NCBI GenBank assembly: GCA_964406795.1
Contig: CAYOTA010000004.1
Location: forward strand, 46,877 to 110,876
DNA: 64,000 nucleotides
Direction of reading: 5' to 3'
Origin: an uncultured Gammaproteobacteria bacterium
Lineage (GTDB): Bacteria > Patescibacteriota > Microgenomatia > Levybacterales > GWA1-39-11
Shown in pieces: positions 39,417 through 50,463 of this stretch. The first letter of the stretch is position 1, and every line of letters starts with the position of its first letter. Both the position numbers and the translations under genes were made by a program. Below the pieces are notes generated by a model that saw only the letters and a list, made by a program, of their open reading frames with translations, made no database searches and was not told where the DNA came from.

Positions 39417-39884
39417 TTCGCCTCAACCTCCGGTTGCGGTTTCGACGGATCGTCCACCGGGGCCAGCGTCCACTTCATGCCCGCGGGAGGCTCCATCTGG
39501 TTCGGCGGAATCTGGATGCCCTTGGATGCGGCCATTCCGCGCATTCCCGTCTCAGCCAGCCTCAAAGCGCCAAGGCCGACCACAGCTTGGGATTCAGCCT
39601 GCGCACGGGAAGCCTCGACGGCAGCGGCGGAGACGGTGCTCTGGTACCCCTCCAACACCAGACCCTCCCATTGCAGGCGCTTGATCGTCGTGTCCTTCGG
39701 GTTCGCGATGCGCACCACGTTCGTCCCGCGCTGAATCACGATGTCCGTGACAACAACCGGCTTCGGGCTGGCGCACCCCGTCGCCATGGCGAGCAAGGAG
39801 AAGAGGAGCGCCAGGGCGAAGATGCCCACAATGACGCGGAACAGGTTCCGGGGATGGTTGGGGAGTTGAATGGATGCGTTCATG
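39413..39884 (-). CDS. lipoprotein (157 aa)
   Basis: Signal peptide ending in lipobox LAMATGC; ATGA overlaps. Confidence 0.55.
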
Positions 39885-40919
39885 CGTTGGAGCAGTTGAG
39901 GATTGAACCCTTGCCGCTGATGAGCGCGCCCTCCGGCAACCGGCTGTTGGCGACGATCAGCGGCGCGTTGCTGCTCGTCGCTCCGGACACCGCCCACACC
40001 CGCGTCGCGGTCGAGCGGAAGTCGCAATCGAAGGCGAGGACGGCCCCGGTCTTGCCGCTGCCGACTTGGTCCCAGATTTCGACGATGCGCGCATCTCCGG
40101 CGCTGTCCGCAAGCACATCGGTCTCGACACCGCTCATGGTGACGTTGCCCTTGAACGTGTCGTCCCCGGGCTTCACTACGAGCGACAACACGCGCTCCAC
40201 GCCGCCGGTCACGGTCACGTACTCGATCTCGATCCCGTCAGTGCGTCGGGTGTCGTTGTAGATCAGATTCCGCAGCTTGCCATTCACCTTGGCGTTGCTG
40301 ATCCGAACCCGCTCGTTCACGCCGAACGCGAACCAGTTCCCATCCCCGATGTCCACGAGCACGTCTTCGCACGTCGTGGTACCCGTCCCGCCGATGTGCC
40401 CGAAGTTGACGGCAGACACGTACGATTCGGGAGCGCAGTCGATGAACTTGATGTCCTTCAACTTCGACGCCCCGGCACCGATTAGGGACAGCGGGAACGC
40501 CTCGACTTGGTTCGCATAACCGCCGCGGCAGCCGCCGAACTTCATCTCCTCGAGTTCACAGCAATACCCTCGTAGGGCGGCCTTCACCACGGAATCCATC
40601 CAATTCCGGTAATCGCCGTTGATAAACCCTCCGACCCACTTGGCGCCCTCGCCGTGCGTCATCACCCACACGTCTTTGCCTTCCCGAGGCTGACCGTCGA
40701 GCGACCGGGTAGCGTCCGGGTGCAGTCGAATCTCCCACGGACCGTCATTTGGGCGAACGACGCAGCCAGGGGCCAGCACGCGCTCCCAGTTCGCTCCGTG
40801 CCACCACACGCCACGGGTCCAGTGCACGCCGGATTGCAGCACGAACTCCGTGCCCGGGCGCCGGTTGTCGAACAGGGCCGCGTCGAGGTCGTCGGACGTG
40901 GAAAGATGGATCTTCACGG
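39880..40919 (-). CDS. right-handed beta-helix-like protein (346 aa, GTG start)
   Basis: Repetitive NxxVxxS / TDGIEIEYVTVTGG-type rungs; GTGA overlap. Confidence 0.4.
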
Positions 40920-41372
40920 GCGACGAAGCAGGAAGTCCACGCGGTTGGTTCCCAGCATGGCCTGGAAGGCGGGGATGGCGGCGGTGACGCGGGAGTTGGT
41001 GGGGTCCAACGCTTCCTGGTAGCTGGCGCGGAGCAGGAAACGGGCAAGCGGCACGTTGGCGCCCGGGAACGCCACCTGGATCAGGGTAGCCCACTCCTCG
41101 TCGGTGAGCTCGGCGAACACGCGGGCCACCGGAATCGTGTAGGGCGGCGGCACGACGATGGAGCCGCCGCGCAGCCAGTTGGTGCCGTCCTGGACATCGC
41201 CGGACCGGACCCAGACGGGGAGCTCCACCGCGCCCTCCGCGCGCTCGGCGTACGGGCGAGGAACGCCCACGATGCCGTTGGTGAGCTGGGCCCAGTGGGT
41301 CTGCCCGAGAGCCAGCCCAGTGACGAGAGCAGAAGCAACGAGACCGAACAGAAGTTCACGTTTCACCATCAC
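40914..41372 (-). CDS. secreted protein (152 aa) with N-terminal signal peptide
   Basis: MMVKRELLFGLVASALVTGLALGQT signal peptide. Confidence 0.5.
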   Translation of the reverse strand: MMVKRELLFGLVASALVTGLALGQTHWAQLTNGIVGVPRPYAERAEGAVELPVWVRSGDVQDGTNWLRGGSIVVPPPYTIPVARVFAELTDEEWATLIQVAFPGANVPLARFLLRASYQEALDPTNSRVTAAIPAFQAMLGTNRVDFLLRRP

Positions 41373-44300
41373 TTGAATCCTCCGTGTTGGGTGGTTGCGA
41401 CGATGTTCGTGGACGCGGTGTCGAAGGCTAGGCGGACCACGATCAGGTTGTTCGTCGAAAGATCGATCGTGGTTTCAACCCCCACGACGTTGCGGCTGGT
41501 GACCGTAGCTGCACTTGCCCACGCGCCAAACCCCACCGTTGGCGCGCTGGCGTTCCCTCCGGTGAACGTCGCCGACGTTTGCACCTTGTCCGAGGCAGTC
41601 CGGGCGATACTCACCGCAAAGGTCAGCGGTCTGGGCGTGAAGGCGCTGGCGATCGATGGCACCCCCACTTGGAGGTTTGTCTCGGTATTGACCAGCACCC
41701 CGAAGTTGCCCGTGACGGCGGACGCGGAGTTGTCCAACCGGACCACGATGTCTCCCGAGACCACGTCGCCGACGTTCGGCAAGTTGACATCGCTGATATT
41801 GAAACTCGTGATGGTTCCCCAGGAGGTGGAATTGGTGATGATCACCGTGGGCGTGATGCCGCCAATCGTGGGGGCTACGGGCACGTACGCGCTGGCATTG
41901 GTGCCGCTCTTCTGCCACCTCACGTTCATTGCCCCAGACGGTGCGGCTGGAGTCGAGTCGTTGAGGTTGTACCGCCGCCCGTCCTCCGTGCCGTCATTGT
42001 TCACGTACAATGGCGGCGTGATCTCTGAAACCTGAATCACGGCGTTGGAGCCAACTCCGGTGACCTGCCACAGCCAGGTGGGAAATAGATCGACCGACTG
42101 GATCTTGAGCCGGGTGACGTTGGTCACCTCCGCGGCGAAATCGTCGGTGATGGTCAGCGGCGATCCGCCACCGCCGCCGCCCAACTCCGCGGCCCACGAC
42201 CCGTTCTTCCGCACATAGCCCGTGCCGTCGCTTGGGGCGTCCGCGACCTCGGCCATGGCGGCGAGACCGAGGCTGGAGCGCTGAGCGGCCGCATTGGCGG
42301 CGGTGAGCAGGGCGCGACCCGCGGAAGTGCTGTCGGAGACCTCGCTGGCGGGGTGCGTGTGGCTGGCAGGAGTGCGGGCATCGCTCAGCCGGGTGTCGGT
42401 GCCCAGCACCACCTCGTTGGTCGCGGCGTTGCCGCTGGCCGGCACGTTGCGCGCAGCGGCGGTGCCGGCATCGGAAATCGTGCTGAGCGCCTGGGTGCCG
42501 GTATGGTTGGCCCGGGCCCGGTCGGCGGAATGATAATGCAGGCTGGTGTCGCCTCCGCCCACGAGATCAGAGGCCCCGCTCGCCGCGGCGATGGCGGCGA
42601 GATCGGAGTCCGCCGGCTGAAAATCGAACGAAGTCCACGCACCGTTCTGACGGGCGTAGTAGGACGAGTTCGTGGGCGCGTCGTCCTTGCGCGCCATGGT
42701 GCCCAACGCGGGGTCGGTCCCGGTGTAGAGTAGTCCGTACGACGCGCTGCGCATGATGCGGGCCCGGGTGCCGGAATCGTACAGGTAGAGCAGCACGCCC
42801 GACTCACCGGTCGCCGAAGGCGGGCTGGCAGAGAGAAGGGTTGTCCCCGAGACGCCGACGTCGACGGTGGCGTTGGTCCGCGCGGCGTGGACGGTGACGC
42901 CGTCGGTGTCGGAGTTGTCGTTGAGGACCATGCGGCCCGCAAACTGGCCGGTGTAGTCGCGCGAGAAGACGGCGATCTGGCCGGAGGCGCTGTTGGTCGT
43001 CCCGACGTTGATTTGGACGGTAGCAAGTGCCGCCGGCCCCCCGCTTTTGTTCCAGACCTGAAACCCTCGCTGGGCATTGGTCTCCACGGTCATGGCCCAC
43101 GGGTAGGTCGCAGATTGCGACGCGAGGGCTGTCCGGATCGCCTCGGTGGTGAGTTGGGTGGAGTCGATCCTCGTTTCGCTCAGACCCACGACCGGTTCCA
43201 CCTGCACGACGGAGGCCCGAATGTTGTTCACCAACACCACGTTGGTGCCGCCGACGCACCGGATCTGGCCATCGTAGAGGACGCGATTGATGTCGCCCCG
43301 AACATCGGAGGCCCCGACCAGAACGATGCCCAGCACGCTGGCCGGATTGATCACGCGGTTGAGCTGGAGATCGAGCCCGGTGATGTCGGTCGCCTGAATG
43401 CCGGCCTCGAAATTCTGCGTGCCGACGATGGTCACGTCGGTGACGGAGAAGTCCCGCCAGCCCAGATCGGTCTCGGCTTGGCCGCCAAAGAGAATGCCGA
43501 ACGAGGAGGAGGTGCCGCGACATCCCGAGATGGTGCCGCCGGAGATCCGCATTGAATCACCGCTCAGTCGGATTCCGACGTCGTTCGCGCTGCTCCCGTA
43601 CTCGCTGATCGTGTTCCCGCTGATCGAGGTTTCGGAGTTCCAGAAGGTGTTGGGGGAGATGCGAGTGTACCCGGCATCGATGCCATGCCGGCCCGCAAAA
43701 CGGATCGTGTTGCCGCTAACTACGGTGCCGAGGCCGGTGATCCAGTTGGTCGTGCCCGACCCCCATTTATTGGTGCTGAGGTGATATTCCCGCGTGCCCA
43801 CGGCAGGCACGGCGTGGATCGGGAAAGCGGCAATCCCAAGGCCAACGTTGGTCATGACGTTGCCGCTGATGATGTGATCCGAACCGTGCGCCTTGATGCC
43901 GGTGCCGCGCGTCGAGAAGACCCGGTTGCCCTTGATGGTGGAGGGGCCGGCGGCCACGAGGTAAACCCCGTTGTCGCCGCACTCCTGGATCAGGTTCTGT
44001 TCGACGTTGAGGGTGGGCCAGTCGTTGGTCTTGTTGAGCGCGCAGACCCCCTGGCCGGTGCCGAAGATCTCGTTGTCGATCGCCTTGCCCGAGCTATCGC
44101 GGGTGACGATTCCGGCCCCGTTGTTGATGCCGCTGACGTAGTTGGTGTGGCGCCAGAAGCCGGTGATCTGGCTCCGGCGGACGGCCCACGTCTCTCCCCC
44201 GTCGATGGAAATGCCGGTGGATTTCCCGAGGACCGCGACGCGCTCCGCCGAAAAGTTGGTGACGTTTTGGGCGAAGAGGGCGATGCGATCGAAGCCGACG

Positions 44301-44886
44301 TCGCTCACGAAGGTATCCGCCGTTTCGGAGCCGAGCAGGCGCAGGCCTTCGATGCGGACATTGTCCGCGGCGACGCGGACGAGGTTTGTGAGGATGGACA
44401 GCTCCGCGATGGTCCCCTTGCCCTGGAGCGTCTGCCCCGCGCGGGTGACGACCAGGGGGGAGCCGATCCAGTGAGTGCCTTCGGGGATCTCCAGCGTGGC
44501 GGGGCCGGCATCCAGCGCAGCCTGGAGGAGGGCGGCCTGGTCATTCGTGGCGTTGGGCCGCACCCGATACCACCGGGTGTCATGCACCAGGTTGGATCGG
44601 TCGGGGAAGATCCACCGGCCCGTCCAGCTTCCGGACCCGAAAACGAACAGGTTGGTGCTCTCGGCGGAGGCGCGGTCGAAGGCGAGCAGGCGGAGGGGAA
44701 ACTCGTTGCGCTGGGAAAGGCCCGAGACCCAGATCTCGGCGCGGCCACCTTTCGAGACCGCCGCGGGTTCCAGGGCCAGGACCTCGTCCACGGTGTCCAT
44801 GGCCCGGACGGTGCGGACGTCCGGTGCGGCGAAGGCGCTGGCCAAGAGGGCGAGCCATAGCCCGAGAATGGAAGCGATGGTCTTCA
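41369..44886 (-). CDS. tail fibre/tailspike-like protein (1172 aa) with N-terminal signal peptide, parallel beta-helix region and HxH fibre repeats
   Basis: MKTIASILGLWLALLASAFAAPD; beta-helix rungs such as GNRVFSTRGTGIKAHGSDHIISGNV; HYHSADRARANHTG and ASHTHPASE repeats. Confidence 0.6.
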
Positions 44887-44888
44887 TG

Positions 44889-45389
44889 TCATCCCGATAT
44901 CCAGGTTCGAACCGCGTAGGCATCGCCGTCATCCGTTTCCAACACGCTGTCCCCGTTGTCCGACAGACTGCTGGCGGCGGGATCGGTTTTCAAGATCAGT
45001 TGCCATCCGCTGATAATCCCGTCGCTGCCATAGCTGTTGATCGTTCCGGCTTGCGTCCAATCACCGCTACTTTCCGCCAACAAAGCGGCAATGTTGGCAT
45101 ACCAGAATGATCCGATCTGCGCTTCGCTGCCCCCCACGCGAATCTCGTCCAACGTGACGGTTCCTGATCCTGGCAGCAGTATCAGGTAAGGACGATTCTT
45201 TCCGACTTCCACTTGGTAATACGATGGCCCTCTAAGACTGGTGCTCAACGCTCCTGCCGTGACAGTGACGGTTACCGGTGCATGATCGTCACCAGTCAAA
45301 CCTCCGATTCTTCCCCATGCCGTGAAACGGATCGAACCGCTCCAGTTGGCACCGGAGTCGTCTTTCATCGTCTGAGCAATGGTTGTCAT
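44889..45389 (-). CDS. hypothetical structural protein (166 aa)
   Basis: ATGA overlap upstream. Confidence 0.45.
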   Translation of the reverse strand: MTTIAQTMKDDSGANWSGSIRFTAWGRIGGLTGDDHAPVTVTVTAGALSTSLRGPSYYQVEVGKNRPYLILLPGSGTVTLDEIRVGGSEAQIGSFWYANIAALLAESSGDWTQAGTINSYGSDGIISGWQLILKTDPAASSLSDNGDSVLETDDGDAYAVRTWISG

Positions 45390-45958
45390 TGTGATGCTGC
45401 GGTTGCTCCTCGAATGAACGCTCCTTTAATCTGCCGATCCGTTGGCATCGTTCCCGGCCAAGGACCTTGCGTTACGCTGTACTTGAGAAGGTAATACCTC
45501 ACAAGCACCTTGTTCTTCTTGCCGGCAAGAAAAGCGTGTCCGGATTTGCTTCTCATCACGAACAGCTTCACGCCCTCGACCAAAGCGAGGAACGATGCGC
45601 GAACAGCGTAGGCCGCTGGATGAATCGGAATCGTCAGCGCCTTCGCACTCTTCGGACGGATCGTTCCTCCGCTGATCTTGTGCCCGAGTCGATAGTCGTG
45701 ATTGGCAATCTCGACACGACCCTCGGATCGAAATGACCTCACCGACTCCAAGCTTTCGGCGATGGTTCGCCAGAAATGCGTTCGTCGCGCACCTCCAGTC
45801 AACTTGTTCGGCTCCCGTCGGTCTTTCGTCATCCAGTGATCAACCAGAAGACGCCTCACATTCACGCTTCCATGACGCAGCATGTTCGCGCCAAAGCCTT
45901 CCAGACGCTCGCGCTGTTTCTTCGTCCCGTCCGAAATCTTGAACTTCAGTCTGATCAT
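45386..45958 (-). CDS. hypothetical protein (190 aa), possibly virion-morphogenesis-like
   Basis: Position in the Mu-like head module. Confidence 0.35.
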   Translation of the reverse strand: MIRLKFKISDGTKKQRERLEGFGANMLRHGSVNVRRLLVDHWMTKDRREPNKLTGGARRTHFWRTIAESLESVRSFRSEGRVEIANHDYRLGHKISGGTIRPKSAKALTIPIHPAAYAVRASFLALVEGVKLFVMRSKSGHAFLAGKKNKVLVRYYLLKYSVTQGPWPGTMPTDRQIKGAFIRGATAASQ

Positions 45959-46737
45959 CGCTGGGTGAGAATTCCGGCTCTCGTGATGCGATAGCCTCGT
46001 GGATCGTCCTGATTTAAACTGTCGAGCAGGGCCTTGCGAAGGTCCGGTTGATCGACCAACAGCGCCGCACGCCGGACTGGAACGAATTCGCTCGGCGCCT
46101 GTCGCTCCTGCTTCGGGCGCTTCAACCCGACCGCCGCGCCTTCGGTCGTGGTGAGGCTGCGCACGCCCATCCCGGAGTTGAAATCAAACGGCGGATACGG
46201 CAGTTCGAACCGACTGATGGCCGTCCAGATTCCGTCGTTGATCGGCGCGACAAACCTTCGTCCGCGCACTCGGCCACCAGCGGACCTCCATCGGCTGATC
46301 CAATCCCGAGGCTCTTTCCGTGGCGATTGTCGGTACATCTCCCAAAACGGACGCCGCCCGAGGTTCTCTTGGGCCGCCACTCGCTTTCCATACCCTCGCG
46401 CCATCCCAACGTTCGTCCGAATGATCAGGTCCGTCCGCGCCTCACTCGCGAGATCTTCGATGGTCCCTTCCTTGCCTTCCGGTGCCTTGTACCCCGTACC
46501 CTTGACGTACTTCTCCAAGGCCAGCCTCGCGTCCTCAGGCTTCTTCTTTCCGGTCACGACATCCAGGGCCAGCCTACGAATTCGCCCAAGCACCTCGGTC
46601 TTGACCACCTTGGCCGAGAACACAGCTTGCTGCCGGATGTTCGACGAAATGCCTTGAAGCTCATCCGACGAGAGCGTGGCCGGGATCGTCCGCGATCCAC
46701 GCAGCTTCTTGAGCGACGCTTCCAAGGACGTTTTCAT
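45955..46737 (-). CDS. hypothetical head-module protein (260 aa)
   Basis: ATGA overlaps. Confidence 0.4.
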   Translation of the reverse strand: MKTSLEASLKKLRGSRTIPATLSSDELQGISSNIRQQAVFSAKVVKTEVLGRIRRLALDVVTGKKKPEDARLALEKYVKGTGYKAPEGKEGTIEDLASEARTDLIIRTNVGMARGYGKRVAAQENLGRRPFWEMYRQSPRKEPRDWISRWRSAGGRVRGRRFVAPINDGIWTAISRFELPYPPFDFNSGMGVRSLTTTEGAAVGLKRPKQERQAPSEFVPVRRAALLVDQPDLRKALLDSLNQDDPRGYRITRAGILTQR

Positions 46738-47198
46738 GAGCCTTCCTGCGATTCACGGTCCCACTTGTCGGTCGTGAAATAGTCGTAGACCACCGGCACA
46801 TCCGGAAGCGTTGAAGCGATGGCACCGGAATCCGGCGCAATGACCTTCAACTTTCCTTCGGCGATCCGCTCCATCAGGCGCATCGCGTCCTTGTACCCAT
46901 CCCGCCTGGGATTGGCCTCACCGTCAATCACCTGACCACCGGAGCGCGCCATCAGCCTCCAGACGATGATCGCCACCGTCGGGTCCACCAGAGTCTCCGG
47001 AACCGTGCTGACCGCCCCAAGGATGTTTGGTCGATGGGAAGCGATGGCACCCCGCACGAAGTCCACCACCGACGTGATGATACCGGTTGTCGGATCGGTG
47101 TCCCCCGGCTCCGTGCCGTTCTGATAGACCGCCGTGAACTCCCGAGCCGAAAGCTGGCCCTTGATGTCGGCGACCGTGATTGCTCTCCAGTTCGGCAT
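46734..47198 (-). CDS. DUF1320 (Mu gp36-like) head-tail connector-like protein
   Basis: Size and position; weak motif similarity. Confidence 0.35.
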   Translation of the reverse strand: MPNWRAITVADIKGQLSAREFTAVYQNGTEPGDTDPTTGIITSVVDFVRGAIASHRPNILGAVSTVPETLVDPTVAIIVWRLMARSGGQVIDGEANPRRDGYKDAMRLMERIAEGKLKVIAPDSGAIASTLPDVPVVYDYFTTDKWDRESQEGS

Positions 47199-47305
47199 GG
47201 AAGTCAGTCCTGAAAATCAAACCGGGGGGCTGCCCACCTCTGAAGGCAACCCCCCGGCCCCATACGATGCGACTCGCTTTGTCCAGAATCAGGGCCGGTC
47301 GTGCA

Positions 47306-47839
47306 TCACCTGGTGCCAGCGGCGGTCGTCGCAAGACCGCCCCCGAACGGCACACGGATCGGCTGTTTGCCGGCGATGGTGAACGCACTGAGCGTCGCGA
47401 TGTTCGTCGCCGAATTGACGTACTGATTGAACTTCAGATACCCGGCCCCTCCGAGGTTCATGTTCGTCGCCCACGTGATGATATTCGTCCCGCTGTAGGT
47501 CAGAAGCAGGGTTGTGGTTGCCGTGGTCTCGAAGGTCGTTCCATCGAACGATCTGTGCACCGGGATCGAGAGCGTCGCCGTGTTGACGTTCGTGTTGGCC
47601 AACGTTGCCGTGATCTGAAGGTATGCGACATCGAAATCGCGCACGTCGATCACCGCCGTATTGGTCGCGGTCGTGCTCGCCGCGATAGTCGCCGGCTTGT
47701 TCGGCACCGCCGGGGATTGGTAACCGAACCCAAGGGCGAGATTGGTGGTCGTCGCCGTGGCCGTAGGCGCCACTCCGAAAGCGATGGCGATCATGGCCAT
47801 CGCCAGCACGCCGAACAAACTGAAGGTCTTGTTTTTCAT
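47306..47839 (-). CDS. secreted Thr-rich protein (177 aa) with signal peptide
   Basis: MKNKTFSLFGVLAMAMIAIAFGVAP followed by T/A/N-rich sequence. Confidence 0.5.
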   Translation of the reverse strand: MKNKTFSLFGVLAMAMIAIAFGVAPTATATTTNLALGFGYQSPAVPNKPATIAASTTATNTAVIDVRDFDVAYLQITATLANTNVNTATLSIPVHRSFDGTTFETTATTTLLLTYSGTNIITWATNMNLGGAGYLKFNQYVNSATNIATLSAFTIAGKQPIRVPFGGGLATTAAGTR

Positions 47840-47885
47840 TGTCGTATGCGTTTGCGATTTGCGGTTGCTGTTCGTCGTTCGCCGC

Positions 47886-48815
47886 TTAGCTCGCGCTGAA
47901 GTTCAGCCGCAGGATGGCCCCGGAGTTGACGGCCTTGATGTCGCGACTCCAGTCAAACCCGAACACCTCGCCACGACCGTCGGTGGTCGTGTACGCCCGC
48001 GGCCCGAGCCAGCGTCCCATCTGCCGAAACGTCTTGAGCGCGCTCGAATCCGTCCGCGTCGGCTGACTGGATGCCCGAAACACCAGCACCGCCGAATCGA
48101 GAAGGAAGGCGTAGCTGGCCGTCTGCCCTTCGTCCGCCGTGTCGTAGATCATCTCCGACTCCATGATCTCCGGGGATCCGACGAACAGGCTGCGAGCCAT
48201 CTCAATGCTGACGTTCGGAACCGCCTTGCTTCCCGCGGCGACAAAGCGCGAACGCACGAACGCGCAGTTCTTGAACAGCCGCCACGCGGTCGGTCCAAAC
48301 AAGATGCGGTTGACCATCCCGGACCCACCCGGAGCCGCCTTGCGCACGTTGTTGATCAGCGTGTCGATCTGGTCCACGGGATCGACGGCGTTGACGTTGA
48401 CGCCCGTCCCGGCACCAGCAGTCGAAAGCGCCAGATCGATGGTCGATTTCTCGTGCTCCATCGATGCCACCTCAGCCGCCAAGTCCGCTGCCTCCATCGC
48501 GGCGTTCATACCGACTTCGCCGGCCTCGGCGATCTCCTGCTGATCGAGCGGCACGTCGATCGCATGCGGCTGGCAGTTGTAGGTCCCGTCTTCGGCGCTG
48601 AAGCCGATGCGAGCGGCGGTACCTCCGGGAGTGCGGCGGGTGTCCGGAAGCTTGAACCGATTCTTGGCAGTGAACACCTTGTAACGTCCCGTGACAGAAG
48701 CCACAGGCACAGTCGGTGCGAGGAAGTTGCCCACCGGCTGAAGGTGGCGTTGACTGGCATTCTGCGCGTATTCGAGCAGAACCGGATTGGCGGCGAGACC
48801 GGAAAGAAGACTCAT
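47886..48815 (-). CDS. major head protein, Mu gpT-like (309 aa)
   Basis: Size and position after the I-like protease/scaffold and small Z-like gene. Confidence 0.55.
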   Translation of the reverse strand: MSLLSGLAANPVLLEYAQNASQRHLQPVGNFLAPTVPVASVTGRYKVFTAKNRFKLPDTRRTPGGTAARIGFSAEDGTYNCQPHAIDVPLDQQEIAEAGEVGMNAAMEAADLAAEVASMEHEKSTIDLALSTAGAGTGVNVNAVDPVDQIDTLINNVRKAAPGGSGMVNRILFGPTAWRLFKNCAFVRSRFVAAGSKAVPNVSIEMARSLFVGSPEIMESEMIYDTADEGQTASYAFLLDSAVLVFRASSQPTRTDSSALKTFRQMGRWLGPRAYTTTDGRGEVFGFDWSRDIKAVNSGAILRLNFSAS

Positions 48816-48867
48816 GGTGTTTCGGTGTTGCTGACGTTGTGGTTTCTGGTTTCGTCGTGGTCTCGGA

Positions 48868-49281
48868 TTACGTCACGACGACGAGTTGCGACATCACGCG
48901 CACGCGCACATATCCGCCCGCCGTCGCGTCCGTCTCGGCAATTCCCGGACTGAAGTACGTGTCGGCAGCCGCTCCGGTGGCCGTCACGACCTTGCCGAAC
49001 GTCCCCGACAGGTACACCCGAGTCCCTCCGGCAATGGTTCCAGCGGCAATCAGACGGACACTCTGGCCCGGTGTAAGCGGGCGCAGGTCCACCGGAGCGT
49101 TGTCGGCGGCGGTGGCAAGAGCCACGAACGGACATTCATCGGCCACGTCGGTCGGAAGAATGACTCGGGTCTGACCGTTTTCGACGGTCGAAAGCTTCAC
49201 GAGGTAACCTTCGGTCACCGCGCCGTCGGCAATCAGGCTCAGATCGCCGTCATGCGTGTTGGATTGAATGATGCTGGTCAT
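48868..49281 (-). CDS. small head protein (137 aa), Z/decoration-like
   Basis: Position between protease/scaffold and major head genes. Confidence 0.35.
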   Translation of the reverse strand: MTSIIQSNTHDGDLSLIADGAVTEGYLVKLSTVENGQTRVILPTDVADECPFVALATAADNAPVDLRPLTPGQSVRLIAAGTIAGGTRVYLSGTFGKVVTATGAAADTYFSPGIAETDATAGGYVRVRVMSQLVVVT

Positions 49282-49320
49282 ACTGATTTTGGTTGATCGG
49301 TTGCGGTTGACTTGCTTCGG

Positions 49321-50445
49321 CTACTTCTGATTCGCCATCAGTTCCCGGTTGGCGGCGATATACGCCTCGGAAGGCGTCATCCGGTTCTTCGCCATCAGTT
49401 CGTTCGCCCTGGCCGAGACCCGCGTCGCATGCTCTTCGGTGACGGTGTTCTCGTCCGCATCGGGATTTCCGGGATTCTTGCCGGACCGATTGTGCACCGG
49501 CTTCGGCACCGTCTTGGTCTCGACACCAGCATCCTTCAGAAGCGCCAGCGTTCCATCGCGGTCGGCGATCAGCCGCGCCTTGATGGCGTCGCGATTCTTG
49601 ATCGCCGGCCCCAGGTTGGCGAGGTCCTGTTCAGCCACGGCCTCCCGGAGCTTTCCGACTTCGGTTTTCAGCGCGTCACGTTCGCTCTTGAGCGCGTCAC
49701 CGGCAGCAGTAGCGACGGTCAGGCGGTTCTTCACCTCGGCGACCTCGGCGGGCAGTGCCGCGAGCTTCGGCTTGGATTCGACGTACTTGTTGGCCGCCGC
49801 CTCGATTTCGGCGTCAGGCGTGGTATCAGGGATGTCGAGCATCCGGCAGAGCGCTTTCTTGTAGTCCATAGTGGTGATTTCGGTGTGTTGGTTGTCGCGA
49901 TTCGTGACCGGCTTCATCCCCCTCATGTTCGGCGCGTTGGTCAGGGCGATGCGCGTAAAGCGCCGGGGTCGCTTGCGTCCACCGCCAAGATCCTCGAAAT
50001 CTTCCAGCACCGGGCTGACCAATCGAAACGCCCCGCCCTCCACCGCCTGTTGACCCGGAACGGACCATCGGACCTTCGCCCACAGACCGTCGTCCCGGAC
50101 CTGAACGTCATCGATCCATCCCATCGCCTCAGACGTCAACTTCGGGTCGTGGCTGAAATGATCGCGATCCACCAGCATCCCCGGCCAGTCCTCACCAGCA
50201 TCCTCCTTCGACTTCAGGAACGACGCCTGAATGGCTCGCACTGTCACGGGGTCAATGACCTGGGTGCCGACCTCGGGATGCTCGAACTCGCCGAGCTTGA
50301 GCACCTGAATCCATCCGTCGTCAGGTAGCGCGAAGGCTGCGCGGTTCAGCGCCGTGCCTGTCCCATTTCGGACAGGCAAAGCAACTGGTGTTCCGTAGGC
50401 CGTCATCTCAACGGCCTTGTGCGACCGTTCGACGGCATCCGTCAA
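49321..50445 (-). CDS. Mu I-like head maturation protease/scaffold
   Basis: N-terminal domain with IQVLKLGEF-type motif followed by a long coiled coil. Confidence 0.6.
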   Translation of the reverse strand: MTDAVERSHKAVEMTAYGTPVALPVRNGTGTALNRAAFALPDDGWIQVLKLGEFEHPEVGTQVIDPVTVRAIQASFLKSKEDAGEDWPGMLVDRDHFSHDPKLTSEAMGWIDDVQVRDDGLWAKVRWSVPGQQAVEGGAFRLVSPVLEDFEDLGGGRKRPRRFTRIALTNAPNMRGMKPVTNRDNQHTEITTMDYKKALCRMLDIPDTTPDAEIEAAANKYVESKPKLAALPAEVAEVKNRLTVATAAGDALKSERDALKTEVGKLREAVAEQDLANLGPAIKNRDAIKARLIADRDGTLALLKDAGVETKTVPKPVHNRSGKNPGNPDADENTVTEEHATRVSARANELMAKNRMTPSEAYIAANRELMANQK

Positions 50446-50463
50446 TAGTGTAATTTTGGCGAC

